Part shown: one piece after another, positions 12,151 to 26,642 of the stretch | How positions within the stretch are numbered: position 1 is the stretch's first letter | Layout: the number at the start of each line of letters is the position of its first letter | NCBI GenBank assembly: GCA_951406725.2 | Contig: OX597822.1 | Location: 28,644,001-28,708,000, forward strand | Origin: Octopus vulgaris | Taxonomy: Eukaryota | DNA length: 64,000 nt | Direction: 5' to 3' | Notes under the pieces: model-generated | What the model was told of the DNA's origin: nothing | Databases searched by the model: none | The model's input: only the letters and a program-made list of their open reading frames with translations | Translations under genes and position numbers: made by a program

Positions 12151-15100
12151 CTTTTTTTCTTCTTCTTTCAAATTTGCTTCCATTTCTTGCCGAGTGTCTT
12201 CCCGACTCCTAGGGCAAAGAAACTCATAGTATACATTGGTAGGCCATTAAACTAAACTCACTAGTTCGTTCATTTCTTTTTTTTAAGTTAAATTAAAATA
12301 CATGGGTAGTAATAGTTATCACATCGACAATGCTCTTCTCAATACGTGTGATGTACCAGTTAAGACAATCTTTTGCACTTCTTGCAAGGATGGGAAGCCA
12401 GGGATCATTCTCATATAATTTTCGGTTCCCTTCTTGATCATTCCTAGTGCTCCTACGATCACTGGTATTGTAACCGCCTTGAGATACCACATTTTCTCAA
12501 TTTCAATGAGTAGGTCTTTATATTTTCTGAGCTTGTCAAACTCTTTCGCTGAGATACTATGATCACAGGGGATGCTCATGTCGATCAATAAGCAAACTTT
12601 ATTGTTTTGGTCTTTCACAACAATATCTGGTTTATTGGCCTTGATGGTTCGGTCTGTATGTACTGGAAAGTCCCACAGAATCGTTACATTTTCTCCTTCA
12701 GTTACAGCCTCAGGGTGGTGATTATACCACTTGTCGGCAGTTTTGATATTGTAATGCCGACTTATTAGCCAGTGTAGATATTGGCCAACTCTGTCATGTC
12801 TTAATTTATACTCCTCTGGGGCTAAGACTTTACATCCAGAGATTAGGTGGTCCACTGTTTCAATCATGTCGTTGCAGAATCGGCATTTTGGGTCTGCTCC
12901 ATTTTCATCACATTGGCCTGGTAGTTCCGGGTTAATAGGCTTTGATCTTGACCAGCCAGGATGAAGCCTTCGCTCTCTGCTTTTAGCCCTGAGCTCCGTA
13001 GTCACTGATGGGTTTGCTTCTGGTCAACATCAGCTTGTTTGCTGCGGGTCACATATTTGCCGTGCAGAGGTTTCTCCTCCCACCTATCAGCCAATTGCTC
13101 GTGCGCTTTTTTCGTTGCTATCATCTTCACCATCTTTGCAACAATAGTTGCCGTACTTACCTCGGGTTGTTCAGTTTGGGTATCCTGCACGAGATCAATA
13201 GCAAATCTTTTGCTTTCCTTTATGATAGAATGAAGCTTCTTTCGTCTCTCGTGATTTTCCACGAGCTTTAGCATCCAGTCATTCGATATTTCGAGATATT
13301 TGGCCAGTCCAATTGTGGTTGTTTTGTGAGCTAGTTCAAATTGGATCAGGCCTCGACCTCCTAGGGCTCTGGGAAGGTAAAGGCGATCTACGTCTGCCTT
13401 TGGGTGGTGCATCCTATTACAACTCAGCAGCTTGCGTATTTTCCTATCTATATTCTTTACCTCACTCATATTCCAGTTCAACACATTGTAGCTATAAGTA
13501 ACAACTGGAACTGCTAAGGAATTTATAGCTAACACCTTGTTACGTGCATTTAGTTCAGATTTCAGGACTGCACGAACTCTCCTATAACATTCCTTCCTGA
13601 TCTTCTCTTTCATGCTTGCATTCTGAATACCAGAGCCTTTATTTATCCCTAAATATTTGTATGTTTGTTCTTGCTCAAGCTCTCTTATGGCTGTGTCAAC
13701 ATCTAACGCGACTGCATTTGTGGTCTTCCCTTTCCCTTTCTGGAAAGTGGTCTTGGCACACTTCTCAAGTCCAAACTCAAGCCCGATGTCATCGCTTAAT
13801 GCTTTCACAGTGCGCAATAGGCCTTCAAGTTCATTATTGTCTTTAAGTTTTAAGTCATCCATATAAAATAGATGGCTTGTTTTTTTATTGGCAATTTTAT
13901 ACCCATACTCTGTTCTGTTTAATTCACTTGTAAGGGGTATTAGGGCTATGCAGAATATTAAAGGTGAAAGTGAGTCACCTTGAAAAATTCCACAGTTGAT
14001 GTTTATATTTTCTGAGGCAAGTACTCCATTAGAGTGGTATAATTGGAGATTCGTATTCCACAACGACATATTGTGCTTCAGAAAGTTTGAAATCACAGGG
14101 GAAATTTTGAAGATGTCCAGCGATCTCAAGATCCATGGATGCGGTATACTGTCGAAGGCCTTTTTATAGTCAATCCATGCGGAGCTGAGATTTCTGCGCT
14201 TGTTGTGACAGTTCTCCAGGATCATACGATTAATAAGCAGTTGATCTTTGCATCCGTATGAGCCTCGGCGGCACCCTTTTTATTCAATGGGGAAAATATC
14301 GTTCTTCTCCATGAATGCATATGTTTTCTCCGCCAGGATAGATGTTAGGATTTTATACGTGGTGGATAGACAGGTTATAGGCCGATAGTTTTTTGGAAGG
14401 TTGGTTTCGTTATTCTTTGGGAGTAGGTAAGTAATACCACTTGCTAACCAATCAGGTGTTTTCTTTGGGTCTCTCATAATTCCATTGAGCAGCTGAACTA
14501 GCTTACCGTGTGCACATGGGAGCGATGCGAGCCAGAAATTCGGCACTCTATCTTTACCGGGGGATTTCCAATTATGGGCCTTGGTGAGTGCCTTTCTTAG
14601 GTCTGCTATTGTGATGTCTTCCCCGTGCTTGTTGTCGTAAATTTTGGTAGGATCCTTCAGTTTGTAAAAACCAGTCTGCATTTATGTTGTACGTCTTCTT
14701 GTCACTCCAGATCCATTTCAAAAGTTTTGAACTTCTTCCATGGGAGGGGGTCTTTAACGGTTACTTTCTCCTTCCCTATTTCTCTGTAGAATTTTTTGGC
14801 ATTGGATGTGAACAGCTTATTTTGCTTGTAAAACTTGTTTCTCTTCTCAAATCTTCGTATTCTTTGGGCTTTTGCTTGGACTTTTTGTTTCAGCGTTTCT
14901 TTTATTGATATCAGTTCTTCTCTTGGTGATGATCCAAATTTTCTCTTCATCTTTCTTCCTGTTCTGGATCTTACATCATTTCCACATATTAGTTCATTTA
15001 ATATTGATATTTCCCCTCTCATAAATTCAATCTCTTTTTCAATTTTACTTCTCCAGGTTTTGTTTTTGTTTGTTTTGTCGGGGGCATACAGCTGGTTTCA

Positions 15101-16000
15101 ATTGCCCTAGCAGAAGCGTAAATAATTTCATTTAACTCAGTAAAATCAGGTTTTAATTCTTGTATTAGTTCAGTTGCCAATTTGGATTTGTTTTTTATTT
15201 TGGTTTGTATTTGAGAGTTTATGAAGTAGTTCTCTATCATTCATACTTGTATGTCTTACAACTTCAAGCGTATTCAGGATTTTCTGCCTCATTTCTGCCA
15301 TAGACTCTCTATGTTCTTCAGCAAATGCGAAATCTTCAGTTACTGTTGTTTTATCATTTTCCTGGCTATCTTCAACAGGTACAATAGAATTTCTTGTATC
15401 TTCAGGCCTTTGCGTACTTTGGTCAGATGGCAGTCTTTCAATTAAGCCTCGTGGCGGGCTATACTGTTCATCTGATTCTTCATTTCCTTTGTGTCTTATA
15501 TTTATGTCATTTTCCGTTGCGTGCTTGATCGCGCTTATTTCAGTGTCTGTGAGTCTGTTATTTCTAAGGATATCCCTCCTCACATTTGCCAATTTGTTCT
15601 CGTCCAAATAGGGCCTACTGTCTTGATTCCTTGTTCTCCATATACTGTAAGAGTTTGCGGTGTGTCTCTCTTGAGATGGCCTACCTAATGCATAGTAATA
15701 AGCGTATATTACTTCTTTATACTCTTCTCGCGTCCATTTGTTCCGCTTACATTTTCTTTCTATGGTGGTTGTGGTGGTGAACTTGGAGGGCTCGAGTTGG
15801 GGGATTTCCCGTTCAAGTGACCATCCATGTCCGTATTCGGAGAAGAGTTTGTGTCAGTTTCGATCCCAGGCTGGCTCTTCCCTGGGGGACGCGCTTCCAG
15901 ATTAACCATAGGACAAGCGATTTGGTTAGTTTCCAAAAACATTTTGGTGCTACGATAATGTTATCATTTTTGAGCTTTGATTGGCACGTGGGGAGACGGC
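12151..16000 (-). mobile_element. R4/Dong-clade non-LTR retrotransposon, near full length, disrupted ORF (RT + restriction-like endonuclease)
   Basis: WKSPGKD, NYRPITCL, WIDYKKAFDSIPH, GIFQGDSLSP, YMDDLK, CRFC..ETVDHLISGC, RHD, KPDIVV; adjoins (ATT)n; absent from duplication copy B (~33180). Confidence 0.93.
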
Positions 16001-17149
16001 CATCATTGCTGTTACTATTATAATCGTACCATTATAGCAGCCGTAGTCGGCTTATTATTGTTATTATCATCACCATTATTATCACTATCATCATTATTAT
16101 CACCACCATTACCATCATCATTATCATCAACTCCATCAACATCATTATCATCAATAATATTGTTTTATGTGTAGTCACAGCAGTATCTTATTATTGTTAT
16201 TTTTGTTTTTTATCATTATCACCATCACAGTAGTGTCTGTCTGTTTCGTTGTCTGGCTTGGTGGTTGGCTGGCTGACTGTCTTCAACGCCAGAGTTCTTG
16301 CCTGTCAAATAATACTTTCATATTTGGTTAACATCTAAAGAGCCGAGGTGAGGTTTGTGTTGGTTGAACTATGTGAGTGTGTGTGTGTGTAGATAGATAG
16401 ATAGATAGATTATCAGCACTATTACTATCATTATTATCATCATCACCATCATCACCATCACCATCAGTGATTTTTTTTTTTTCAGGTGGGGTCTTATCGG
16501 TCAAAAAAAGTTCAAATTTTTACTACTACTTAAGAAAAATTAAGGAAGGGCTGTTCTGTATTGTTTGTGGATAGAGAAGTTGTGTTCGACCAGAGAGAAT
16601 CTTAGCATCATTATTTTTTTTTTTCATATGCGTTTGTGTTATTGCAATAAAAAGTGTTTGTTTATTTCGTGTAAAGTAATATTATGGAGGTTGAAGTTGA
16701 CCTTCTAGAGATGTTTGTATGTCCAGTTAGAAGAACAGGTGTGTTTTTGCAATAAAAATTATATGTTTACATTTATATTTGAATATTCAGGAAGGAAGCA
16801 GAGAAAAGTCAGATTTTCAAAGAAAGTTTTAGTGTTTTGAACGTCCACAAATAGAAAAGCGTGATGTTTTTAGAGAGAAGAAAAAAAAGGGTGTGGGTAT
16901 TAAAGTTTTTGAAGCTGATCGGATGTATGTTTGAAAGCTGTAGATATGTAACTTTGTAAATATCTTAACTTATTTTGAAGAGAATTTTTTTAAATACTTA
17001 CAAGATATTGTAGATGTTCCAGTCTTTCAGAGTTATTATTATTATTATTATTATTATTATTTAACTATTGAATACACTAATTTTTTTTTTTAACTTGTGT
17101 GCTGCAATAATTTGGGCTAAACAAATATTCTGCCGATTAGGGTTTAAAA

Positions 17150-17345
17150 AAGTAAATTACATGGCTTTGAGTGGGCTCACTTGGACTTTAACTGATATGG
17201 ACACTAAATATACCATTAGGTATTCGAAATGTGATCTCTGCTTGGAAGAATCATTCCATATCCTTACTTGTACTTTCAGATTATTTAATCCCAGAAACAA
17301 ATTAGCAGTAAAATGCGCACATTTATTTAGAAAAGTTTTCATTAT
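17150..17345 (+). mobile_element. PLE GIY-YIG endonuclease C-terminal remnant
   Basis: KCDLCLEE..HIL...LFNPRNKL..KCAH resembles the PLE C.LC..E...I..LN.R.E...C.H terminus; paralog at ~33340-33510. Confidence 0.65.
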
Positions 17346-19390
17346 TTCCAAATAAGATTCCTTATTTACAAATCACGTAGATGAAAGTACACATAAGTTA
17401 ACCAAGTTAGCTTATATTGCAAATTTACTTACGTTTTAATAAATTTTCACTAATCCTAACTATTATTTATTTTTTGGAAGGGGAGAAATAATACAAAATA
17501 TGGTTAGAATGAATATTTACTTCACACAACATATATTGATTAAGCTTACGTTAACATCTCAGATTGTTTAGCAAAATCTATTGTAATTCATAGAGCAGTA
17601 AATGAAACGGTATTGATTAATTGCTTTGATTTCATAATATTAGCGCAAAGGTTTTGTAATTTAGATAATTATAAAAAAAGGGACATTTTTTTCCTTCATG
17701 CTAATTCATATATATTAGTTACATAAATGGAATAAATGAAGATTGGAACAGCAACGCTAACTGGAAATATACAACACGAGCCGAGCTTTCAGAATTAATA
17801 TTGACTGGACTCGATTCAGAGAACGGATAAGGCAAGAAATGTTACGCTTTCCCAACAACATTAGCAATATCAGTTCACGTTTACACAGAAACCTGCAGTA
17901 ATGTTACTTAAAATCTACTGATAACGTTTACTGAGAAGCTCAAACTATATCGGTAAATTTCATGGAAGATAACTTTCAAATTTCGTTCAGCATTTGAAAT
18001 AGCAGCAGGCAAGCTATGTTAATAGAAAGAATGACTATAACAGAGAGGCTTTTCAGTCTTCATAAACCTATAGAGGAACATGGATATTCAACACGTAATA
18101 AAAAACAAATTTTGTATTTATGAAGTGCTTTTTATTATATTCTCTTTATATAATTTAATATTACAGATATAGAGTACGTAAGTTAAAATGCTCATCATTA
18201 ATGACAGGATATTATGATTCATTTAATCCCGTTGTTTTACTATGTATTAGACCATAAGAATAACAGCTAAGGAGTCGACATCGTCTGATTATTATATGGT
18301 ATATATATCGTGGTTTGGATATTGTCATTGATTTAACACATTTATATGGAAGTAATACCACAATAAGAAATAGGGTTTACAATACACCGATTTTGCTCAT
18401 GGCGAAACAATTATTTTCTTATGCAAAAAGACCAAAAGACTTGTTGAAAATATTATAAAACTGATGCGATGTTGTCAGCATTCTTTTTAACAACATCATA
18501 ACGTTTAACGGACAGAAAGGAAACGCCCAGCAACATTTTGCTTGCTGGACAAATAAGAGCTGATTATTAGAGAATTAATTGGATAACTGAAAGCGACGAA
18601 TAATAATATTTTAATAGAGTTGGCATAGAAATGCGATACATGAGTGGTAGACTATTATCACACACACTAGTGTCTCTACAAATCCCGTTACATGTGACGT
18701 AATAAATGTTTTTCAAAGCCTTTTCCAAAACGTATATCGTGATTATTCCATTTGTGTGAGGAAGAGATTATATAATATAGGAAGTCAACGAGAATATTTA
18801 CAACCATTTAAAATCGTTTGAGCGAACTAAAAGACAGGGAGAGAGACATGAGTGAGCTCAAACTTCATAAAACCCACATATTCGTAAAATGTTAGGTCAA
18901 CAGAAAATAAATGGGATACAAAAAAGGATAGAAAAAAAGATACAATAAAATTACTAACTATATGGGGTTTTCAGCAAAAAGTGAGTCCGTTCAACAGCTC
19001 AGGTGGACATGAAAGTTTTAATATATTGAAGAACAGGAGAAATGGCCGAAAATAAAAGGGCAACTTCCTGAAAGAAATAGGCACGTACCCTTCACATTTG
19101 CAAGGCGTTTATCTTATACGAATTCAAATAGAATCTAGAAAACATAACTTTTCTTTTTTCGTTTTTTTCATTTCTTTTTTTCCGAATCGGCATTTTAGGA
19201 ATTTCAGTTTAGAATGTTGTTAATTGTTGAACTTGGTAACCTCAGCTGATTCATAGTCTCGAAGATCTATAGTCAAAGGTATTCTAGTAACAGCCATCAT
19301 GTCATATATTCAGATTTAATATATAATTTATTATCTACTATTTCCATCTTCATTCCACTGACGATATTGAGTAACCCACATTGGTTAACT

Positions 19391-21405
19391 TCATACAAGT
19401 TTAGCTTGACGGCACACCTGTGGGGTTATATTCGTTGATGTTGTTTTATGAGCGAAATTAACATCAACAGATTCTTTTGCGGATGTTTTTGTAATTTTTT
19501 GCAGATTCTGAAAAATACTGCGTCGAGCAATACTTGTTGATAGAAACGATAAACATATAAGTAATCCAACGAATGAGTTTAAAATACAAAATAATAGAGA
19601 AAATTCTTCAATTCTTGTAAACGTATACAGAAATGCGGATGTCCATGTTAGCCCCATGATAAAGAATAGTTTTACACAAATGATAAACTCCAATTTCTTA
19701 TGTTTTGACAAATATTTCGAAGAGAGTTTGCGTGCCAAATAGAGCCCTCTAGCGGTGAGGGTAAACGCTATGATATTAAGACATAAAATAAACATTACAG
19801 GGATTAAAAAAACCATAGCAGACTTTTTCCATTTTTAATCCAGCAAATATCTTTTCCATACTCTGGGGAAAGTCCATGATTTCCAGGAATATACTCAAAT
19901 ACCAGTGATACTGTTACTATTACAAGTGGACAGATCCAAGCATACAAGGAATACAATACAAATCTCTTGGTGTGTTTTCCTTTACTTCGAAGTTGTGTTA
20001 GTCCCGAGAAAGTGTGACAGGCATCAAAAGACATGACATTCATCCAGAAGAAAGTCGCTAGAAACGAATAATGCATTACTACTGCTAAAGATTTACACAG
20101 CACTGTAGATGTAGCGACTTGTGATGAGATAAGAAAGAGAAGCTCAGCTACAAACAGTGCTGACAAAAGACTAATGAGTAATTTACCTGGTAAGGTACGG
20201 AGATCAGGTATACAGAGATAGACTATAATGGTGATTGCTAGAGCTGGAATTGAGATTATGAGTCCCACTAACGTGATATAGATCTCAGCCACGGAATATT
20301 TTGATATACCATTGATATTTGATATATTATTGGTACCATTGTTTACACAGATACTTATTATACCTTGAGAATCACGAGTGAATTCTGATTGGTTCAGCAA
20401 ACGTTGGGTATTATTTAAGTAGAGAAGACCATCATTAGTGATGTAATACTCAGATTCATTTAATTTTGTTGTCATACATTTTAGCGGCGGATGGTAGATA
20501 ACTTGTCGACATTTCTTAAATCTCAAATCGTAGATAGCGTATTCTGGACAGGAGGGAAGCTGCATATATCTATTTTTGGCTTCGCTTAATTCATTTACCT
20601 TTACAGTATTGGTATCATAATCAAAAAGTATTGTTAGAGGAACAGGTCCTCCAATACCAGCTAATTCCTGATAATTCACTTTACAAATATCACTGGAAAA
20701 CCCGTTGCATATAGCACAACCTTTGTTTTTGTAAACTTTAGGGAATATATGCATGCCATCTACAAAGTAGTGTGCGATAGACTCCGTATATATCAATGCC
20801 ATTGGCTCAGACTCACATGCCATTATTTGTTCCTTAGTATTGTTATCTTGAGGACAATTCGAAATATATGGAGTACAATGATGCAAATATTTGATCAAAT
20901 ATGATTGAAGCTCTACTGTTGGCCTACAGCTATCCTTGAGATAATTTGATATATTTTCAAGTGTGACATTAGAGATTCTGTCGCAGTTATATAAAAGATT
21001 GCAGAGAATGAATTCCTCTCCATGACACAGAGCACAATACAGGTTCCTGTAGAGTCTTTTACTTGTTTTACCAAAAGCAGGAATGATCTGCAGTTGATCG
21101 TCTGAGTCCGGATATTCACAGTTGATAAAATGCTCAATTACATCAGGGTAATGTGAACAACGGTCAAACTGATAAGCATAATAATCACCAGCTTTTCGGC
21201 AACTCATATTTGGGTAGTTTGTGATAGAAGAGGTCTTATTAATAATGTCAGAACAGCATCCATTGTAGAGGTAGCAGTCTGGATGACACGAACAACGTTC
21301 CGATGCGCCATCTGAACACAAAGCAGGGCTACAATTGTTGAAGTATCCTGCATGTGTTATAACACTTGAGAACAAAAGAATGCAAACTAAAAACAATGTT
21401 TCCAT
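19391..21405 (-). CDS. Intronless Methuselah-like/adhesion-type family B GPCR (signal peptide, Cys-rich SMB-like ectodomain, 7TM), one frameshift at ~19806-19812
   Basis: METLFLVCILLFSSVITHA signal; CSCHPDCYLYNGCCSD SMB-like motif; YRNLYCALCH; TM motifs LRTLPGK, HYSFLATFFWMNVMSFD, YSLYAW, PEYGKDICWI, KLFFIMGLTW, LNSFVG; ORFs 19804-21477 and 19391-19816 join into ~671 aa if one T is added. Confidence 0.88.
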
Positions 21406-21834
21406 TTTAAAAGATATAATTAATGATGCATGAATTAACCTTTCAAATCCTAATAGTTCTTTGATATTTTGCTTCACTGCTGTAAATTTACAAGTTCTGA
21501 CAGGTATTTTTGAAATTTAGCAATGTTTCCTAAAAATACAATGACTATTACCTTAACAATATTTTCATTCCGAAGCGGAACAATGAAATTAATTTCGGTA
21601 GATTTAGATTCTTGGATTTTATTGGTATTAAATGCTGAATGTTCGCGACTCGGCTACTTTGCGTCACATATATGCATGTATGAATATATATAGATCCGAA
21701 GATAGTTGAGGCATCTGCAAAAGAACAAATATTTCATTAAACATACTATTATTGTAAACATTGATACATATTCAAGCACACACATGTACACGCAAAAGCA
21801 CACACGCTTATACACAGATAATCACACACGCCTG

Positions 21835-21897
<63 letters not shown>

Positions 21898-21901
<4 letters not shown>

Positions 21902-22281
21902 AATAATTTACAAGATAAGAGCAGAAGAAAAATTCTAATTCCAAATATGCCGAAACAAAAAATTGTCGATAACCATTATAATATATGCGTCTCGAAACAA
22001 ACCGATAGAAATCTCTAAAAAATTCGTTAAAAGATATAATTAATGATGCATGAATTCGAGTAAGTATTTCACTTATATCTCGCGTATTTGCCGCTGAAGA
22101 GGGGAAAAAATACTTATGAATTAACCCCGAAATTGGACCAAAAGGGTAATAACGAACTTTTTAGAGATTTCTATCGGTTTGTTTCGAGACGCATATATTA
22201 TAATGGTTATCGACAATTTTTTGTTTCGGAATATTTGGCATTAGAATTTTTCTTCTGCCCTTATCTTGTAAATTATTTATA
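21898..22281. mobile_element. PLE-like fold-back (~130-bp inverted arms) with a degenerate hammerhead in the spacer
   Basis: 21898-22029 is the reverse complement of 22150-22281; spacer has CTGAAGA-GGGG..CCCC-GAAAT (22094-22133) without a clear NUH; related fragment at 23240-23430. Confidence 0.7.
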
Positions 22282-22361
22282 AATTTAACCCTTAAAGGTA
22301 TTTTTTGACATGCTGGCCATTGATAAAATTTTCTCCCGAAATGAATTTTATCCTACATTAG

Positions 22362-22424
<63 letters not shown>

Positions 22425-22536
22425 TAATCCAAACAAGAAAACACAGAAAAAAGAGAAAAAAAGAGAAAAAAACACAGCAACGCAGGACGTGGAACAATTA
22501 AAGTATTATTGACGCTCAGGAAAGAAGGGAAGGAGG

Positions 22537-22571
22537 GTTTAACGTTTCGAGCGGAGCTCTTCGTCGGAAAC
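22537..22571 (-). ncRNA. Minimal type I hammerhead ribozyme (dimer-type)
   Basis: Minus strand GTTT-CCGACGA-A-GAGC-TCC-GCTC-GAAACGTTA-AAC; palindromic AACGTT in stem III, weak stem I. Confidence 0.65.
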
Positions 22572-22682
22572 AAGGAGAAGGAAAGATCCCAGGGAGGGAA
22601 GACAGAGGAGAAAATATTTGAGCTGGTGGTGCTTAAGAGATCAGATGTTCAAAGAACAGAAATTGAAGGTAGTTGAAATATG

Positions 22683-22754
<72 letters not shown>

Positions 22755-22756
<2 letters not shown>

Positions 22757-22922
22757 CGCAGGAGTGGCTGTGTGGTAAGTAGCTTGCTAACCAACCACAT
22801 GGTTCCGGGTTCAGTCCCACGGCGTGGCATCTTGGGCAAGTGTCTTCTGCTATAGCCCCGGGCCGACCGATGCCTTGTGAGTGGATTTGGAAGACGGAAA
22901 CTGAAAGAAGCCTGTCGTATGT

Positions 22923-22968
<46 letters not shown>

Positions 22969-23160
22969 TTGTGTGTCTGTGTTTGTCCCCCTAGCATTGC
23001 TTGACAACCGATGCTGGTGTGTTTACGTCCCCGTCACTTAGCGGTTCAGCAAAAAGAGACCGATAGAATAAGTACTGGGCTGATTTGCTCGACTAAAAGG
23101 CGGTGCTCCAGCATGGCCGCAGTCAAATGACTGAAACAAGTAAAAGAGTCAAAGAGTAAG
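22755..23160 (+). mobile_element. tRNA-derived CORE-type SINE, family B, full length
   Basis: GGCGCAGGAGTGGCTGTGTGGTAAG, GGTTCAGTCCC, CTTGGGCAAGTGTCTT core, internal (TA)(TG) tract, tail GGCGGTGCTCCAGCATGGCCGCAGTCAAATGACTGAAAC. Confidence 0.9.
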
Positions 23161-23161
23161 A

Positions 23162-23202
<41 letters not shown>

Positions 23203-23615
23203 TACACATATATACACATATATACAACTATAAACAGGGGCAAATGAAAAGAGTCCAATGCCAAATATGCCGAAAATAGACTTAATCGTCAATAACCATA
23301 TAATGTATCACTATAAGCATGCGTCTCGAAAGCAAGCCAATAGAAATTTCTAAAAAAATTTCGTTGTTATCGAATCGGCCCCGATTTCTGAGTTAATTCA
23401 TTTAGCATTTTTCGTCATCAGCGATAAATTCGATTAGAAAATTAATGAAATACTTACTTGTACCCACGGAAGAAATAAACACTAAGTCCTAAGTACACTT
23501 AAGTACCCTAAATATATTCAAAATACAAATTCCACAGCATACCTCGAGACATGTGTGATTCACTTCGGGACTCTCTCACTCTATGAGAATTTTCAGTCCG
23601 ATCACATATTTTATT

Positions 23616-23683
<68 letters not shown>

Positions 23684-24969
23684 TAGTATTGCTGTTATAC
23701 ATACATACATACATACATACATACATGCATACGTAATGATAATAATAATAAGTGGATGTAAACACATGAACAAAATAAGAATAAACAAAAACAGCAATAA
23801 AAGCAAATTACACGAACGTATATAAACAGAAGATACAAATATTACAGGCATCCCTCCACCACACACACACTAACTAAACATAGACGCACATAGAGATATA
23901 AACGTGCGCAAATGAAGACATACGTTAGAAATACAAAATGGCAGACGGTTAGTAAGGAGAGACACAAATAAGAAAGAAGAAAACAAAGGACCACTGATGC
24001 GGTCACAGGAGTGTGACGAAAGAACTCTGGCCGAAATTAAATTAAGATTAATGTACAAAATAAATATCACTGAAGCAAAATAACACCAAATATATCGTGC
24101 GTGTGTTTTTATTGAAAGCAGGATGGGCACAATGTCATTGAAAGTGATGGGAAAAGAAGACAGAGAGAGTGAATGAGAACAATAGAGATATCGACTATAA
24201 AATGGAATCAAATGACAAGTAGCAAAGTGGTCAATATGTAGCTGCCGTTTTCCGGAAGCAATCTAAGAACCATAATACGGCTGAGTCAGAGAGAGAAACA
24301 AAAGAGAGAATACAGTAACATTTTCACTAAGAGAGAGTTCACAAGGAGGACATATACAGTGTATAGTAAATATTTCGAAATACAGCGACATCTTTATGGA
24401 GAATACATTGGTTAATTTGCATGGAAGCTTATGCTGCTGTTCCTGATATCCAGAGTTGGTCTAAGAACTGAGATTGTGGAAGCATTTGCACCTGCAGCTG
24501 TTAATTGATGTTTAATGAAACCAGAATGGGTAAAATGTCATTAAGAGAGAGAAGGATAAAGATGTTACCGATAGATTAAGACGGATTTTCATTAAAACTA
24601 GGATGGGACAAATGTCGTTAAAAGAGAGAGGGGTAGACAGGAGTGACGAGGAAGAAATTGACTATATTTAGGAAACCATTCCGAAAAACATTGATATCCT
24701 TTCGGAAAATACAATAGTTTATTAGAATTGAAAATTATACTGCACTTATTAATAGATTTTAAGTTAAAATGGGAGGTAAAAAGATTATTAAAACAGAGAG
24801 GGAAAGACACAAACAAACTGAGAGGGTGAGTGATAATGGCAGAGATATCACCAAGAGAGGGCCAACGAACGAGAAGTTTGAAAGTAATCAGAATTGATTA
24901 GTTAATTAACTTGTATAACTTGCATTTAACATATGATCATGCAATCTAGATCCATACATATATATTTAT

Positions 24970-25001
<32 letters not shown>

Positions 25002-25613
25002 ATATGTGTATATATATATCTGTAAATGTATGCATATATATATATGTATATGTATGCATGTATATGTGTGTATATGAATATATGTGTACGTGTATGTATG
25101 CATGTATATATATATATGTGTGTGTGTGTGTGCATGTGTGTGCGTGTTGTATTATACATATATATATATATATACGTCTACATCTTCATCTATGCGCATT
25201 TGCATTCTTTGTAGGTGTGTGTATATATTAGAGTGAATTTGTGTATACATGTACGCGGGCGTATGTTTATATATGTATATCCATACATATATGTATATGT
25301 GTGTGTATGTGTATATCTATGCATATCCATGTATATAATTACGTATGTGTATACGTGAGTGTATTAACACGAGTGTGTCAAACTTTGCACAGACGTTTGT
25401 ATCTTGCTTTACGTTCGAATATATGCACATATTTATCTCTGCTATGTATGTATATTTATGTATATATACACGTGTGTACCTACATATATGAGATCCTATA
25501 CATATATATATATGTATGTATTCGTCCATGCGTGTGCGTATGTGCGTGTATCTAGTGGTATGTATATACCCATATCCTTCGATGTGCGTGTTTGAGCGCG
25601 TATGTATATGTGC

Positions 25614-25661
<48 letters not shown>

Positions 25662-25966
25662 ATGTATGTATGTATGTATGTATGTATCTGTGTAAGTATA
25701 TGTGCGTCTAAGCACGAACACACACAAAAAATTTTCGTCTAAGTATTATCTTCCTTTCAACTTTTGCATCCTTTTCTCTCTCTCTTAACACTTACTACAG
25801 TGAAGACTCATTACGTCATTTTCACTAAACTAGAATGTTCCATGTTCATATTTGAATTTTTTGGCGTTTTAATATTTCCTTGTTTTATACTCATTCGCGA
25901 AGTTGATGGACATATAGCAGTACGTAAAATCGAATGAGAAAATCTCTAGTAAGACTCTTTACTGAT

Positions 25967-26008
25967 GTACCTGAAGAGACCCATAACGGGTCGAAACAAG
26001 TGTCGTAC
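25967..26008 (+). ncRNA. Minimal type I hammerhead ribozyme
   Basis: GTAC-CTGAAGA-GACCC-ATAAC-GGGTC-GAAAC-AAGT-GTC-GTAC; paralog of 3560 with intact GUC. Confidence 0.85.
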
Positions 26009-26422
26009 CCAATAAAATATTTTACTCAATCCATCTATTTTATTAATACTGTTACCCTAACCGCCACTACGAAGTTCCTACAGTAAATCTACGAATAACA
26101 ACATATAAACAAAACTGTACCGGTGCTTTACTCATCTTTTTATACATTTTGTATAATTTCTCCATTATATGTAAATATTTATGAGATGTATTCGTATCTA
26201 GAAGACCCAAAGAGTAGCAGGTAACGCTAAGTAAATGCTATGGACAGACCGTAGTTAAACTCTTGGTTCGATAATGATACGAGTGAGGAGTCTAAGGTGT
26301 GTCTTGTAATAGCATGCAAATATATGTTAGATAGAATGAGATAACAAAGCAAAGTTGTGAGGTTTCAGGACATGTATAATGGAATAGTCTTACATATACA
26401 CATATATATACACATATATATC

Positions 26423-26480
<58 letters not shown>

Positions 26481-26565
26481 GTATATATATATGCGTCCAA
26501 TAACACCATACATGTTCCAAGTCCTCGCGTTGTGCTTTCTCTTTGTTCATGTTTGGAGTAACTAC

Positions 26566-26639
<74 letters not shown>

Positions 26640-26642
<3 letters not shown>

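Noticed and set aside
21406-21477. Upstream GTG start for the GPCR ORF
   Set aside because: The ATG at 21405 begins a clear signal peptide and is the more plausible eukaryotic start
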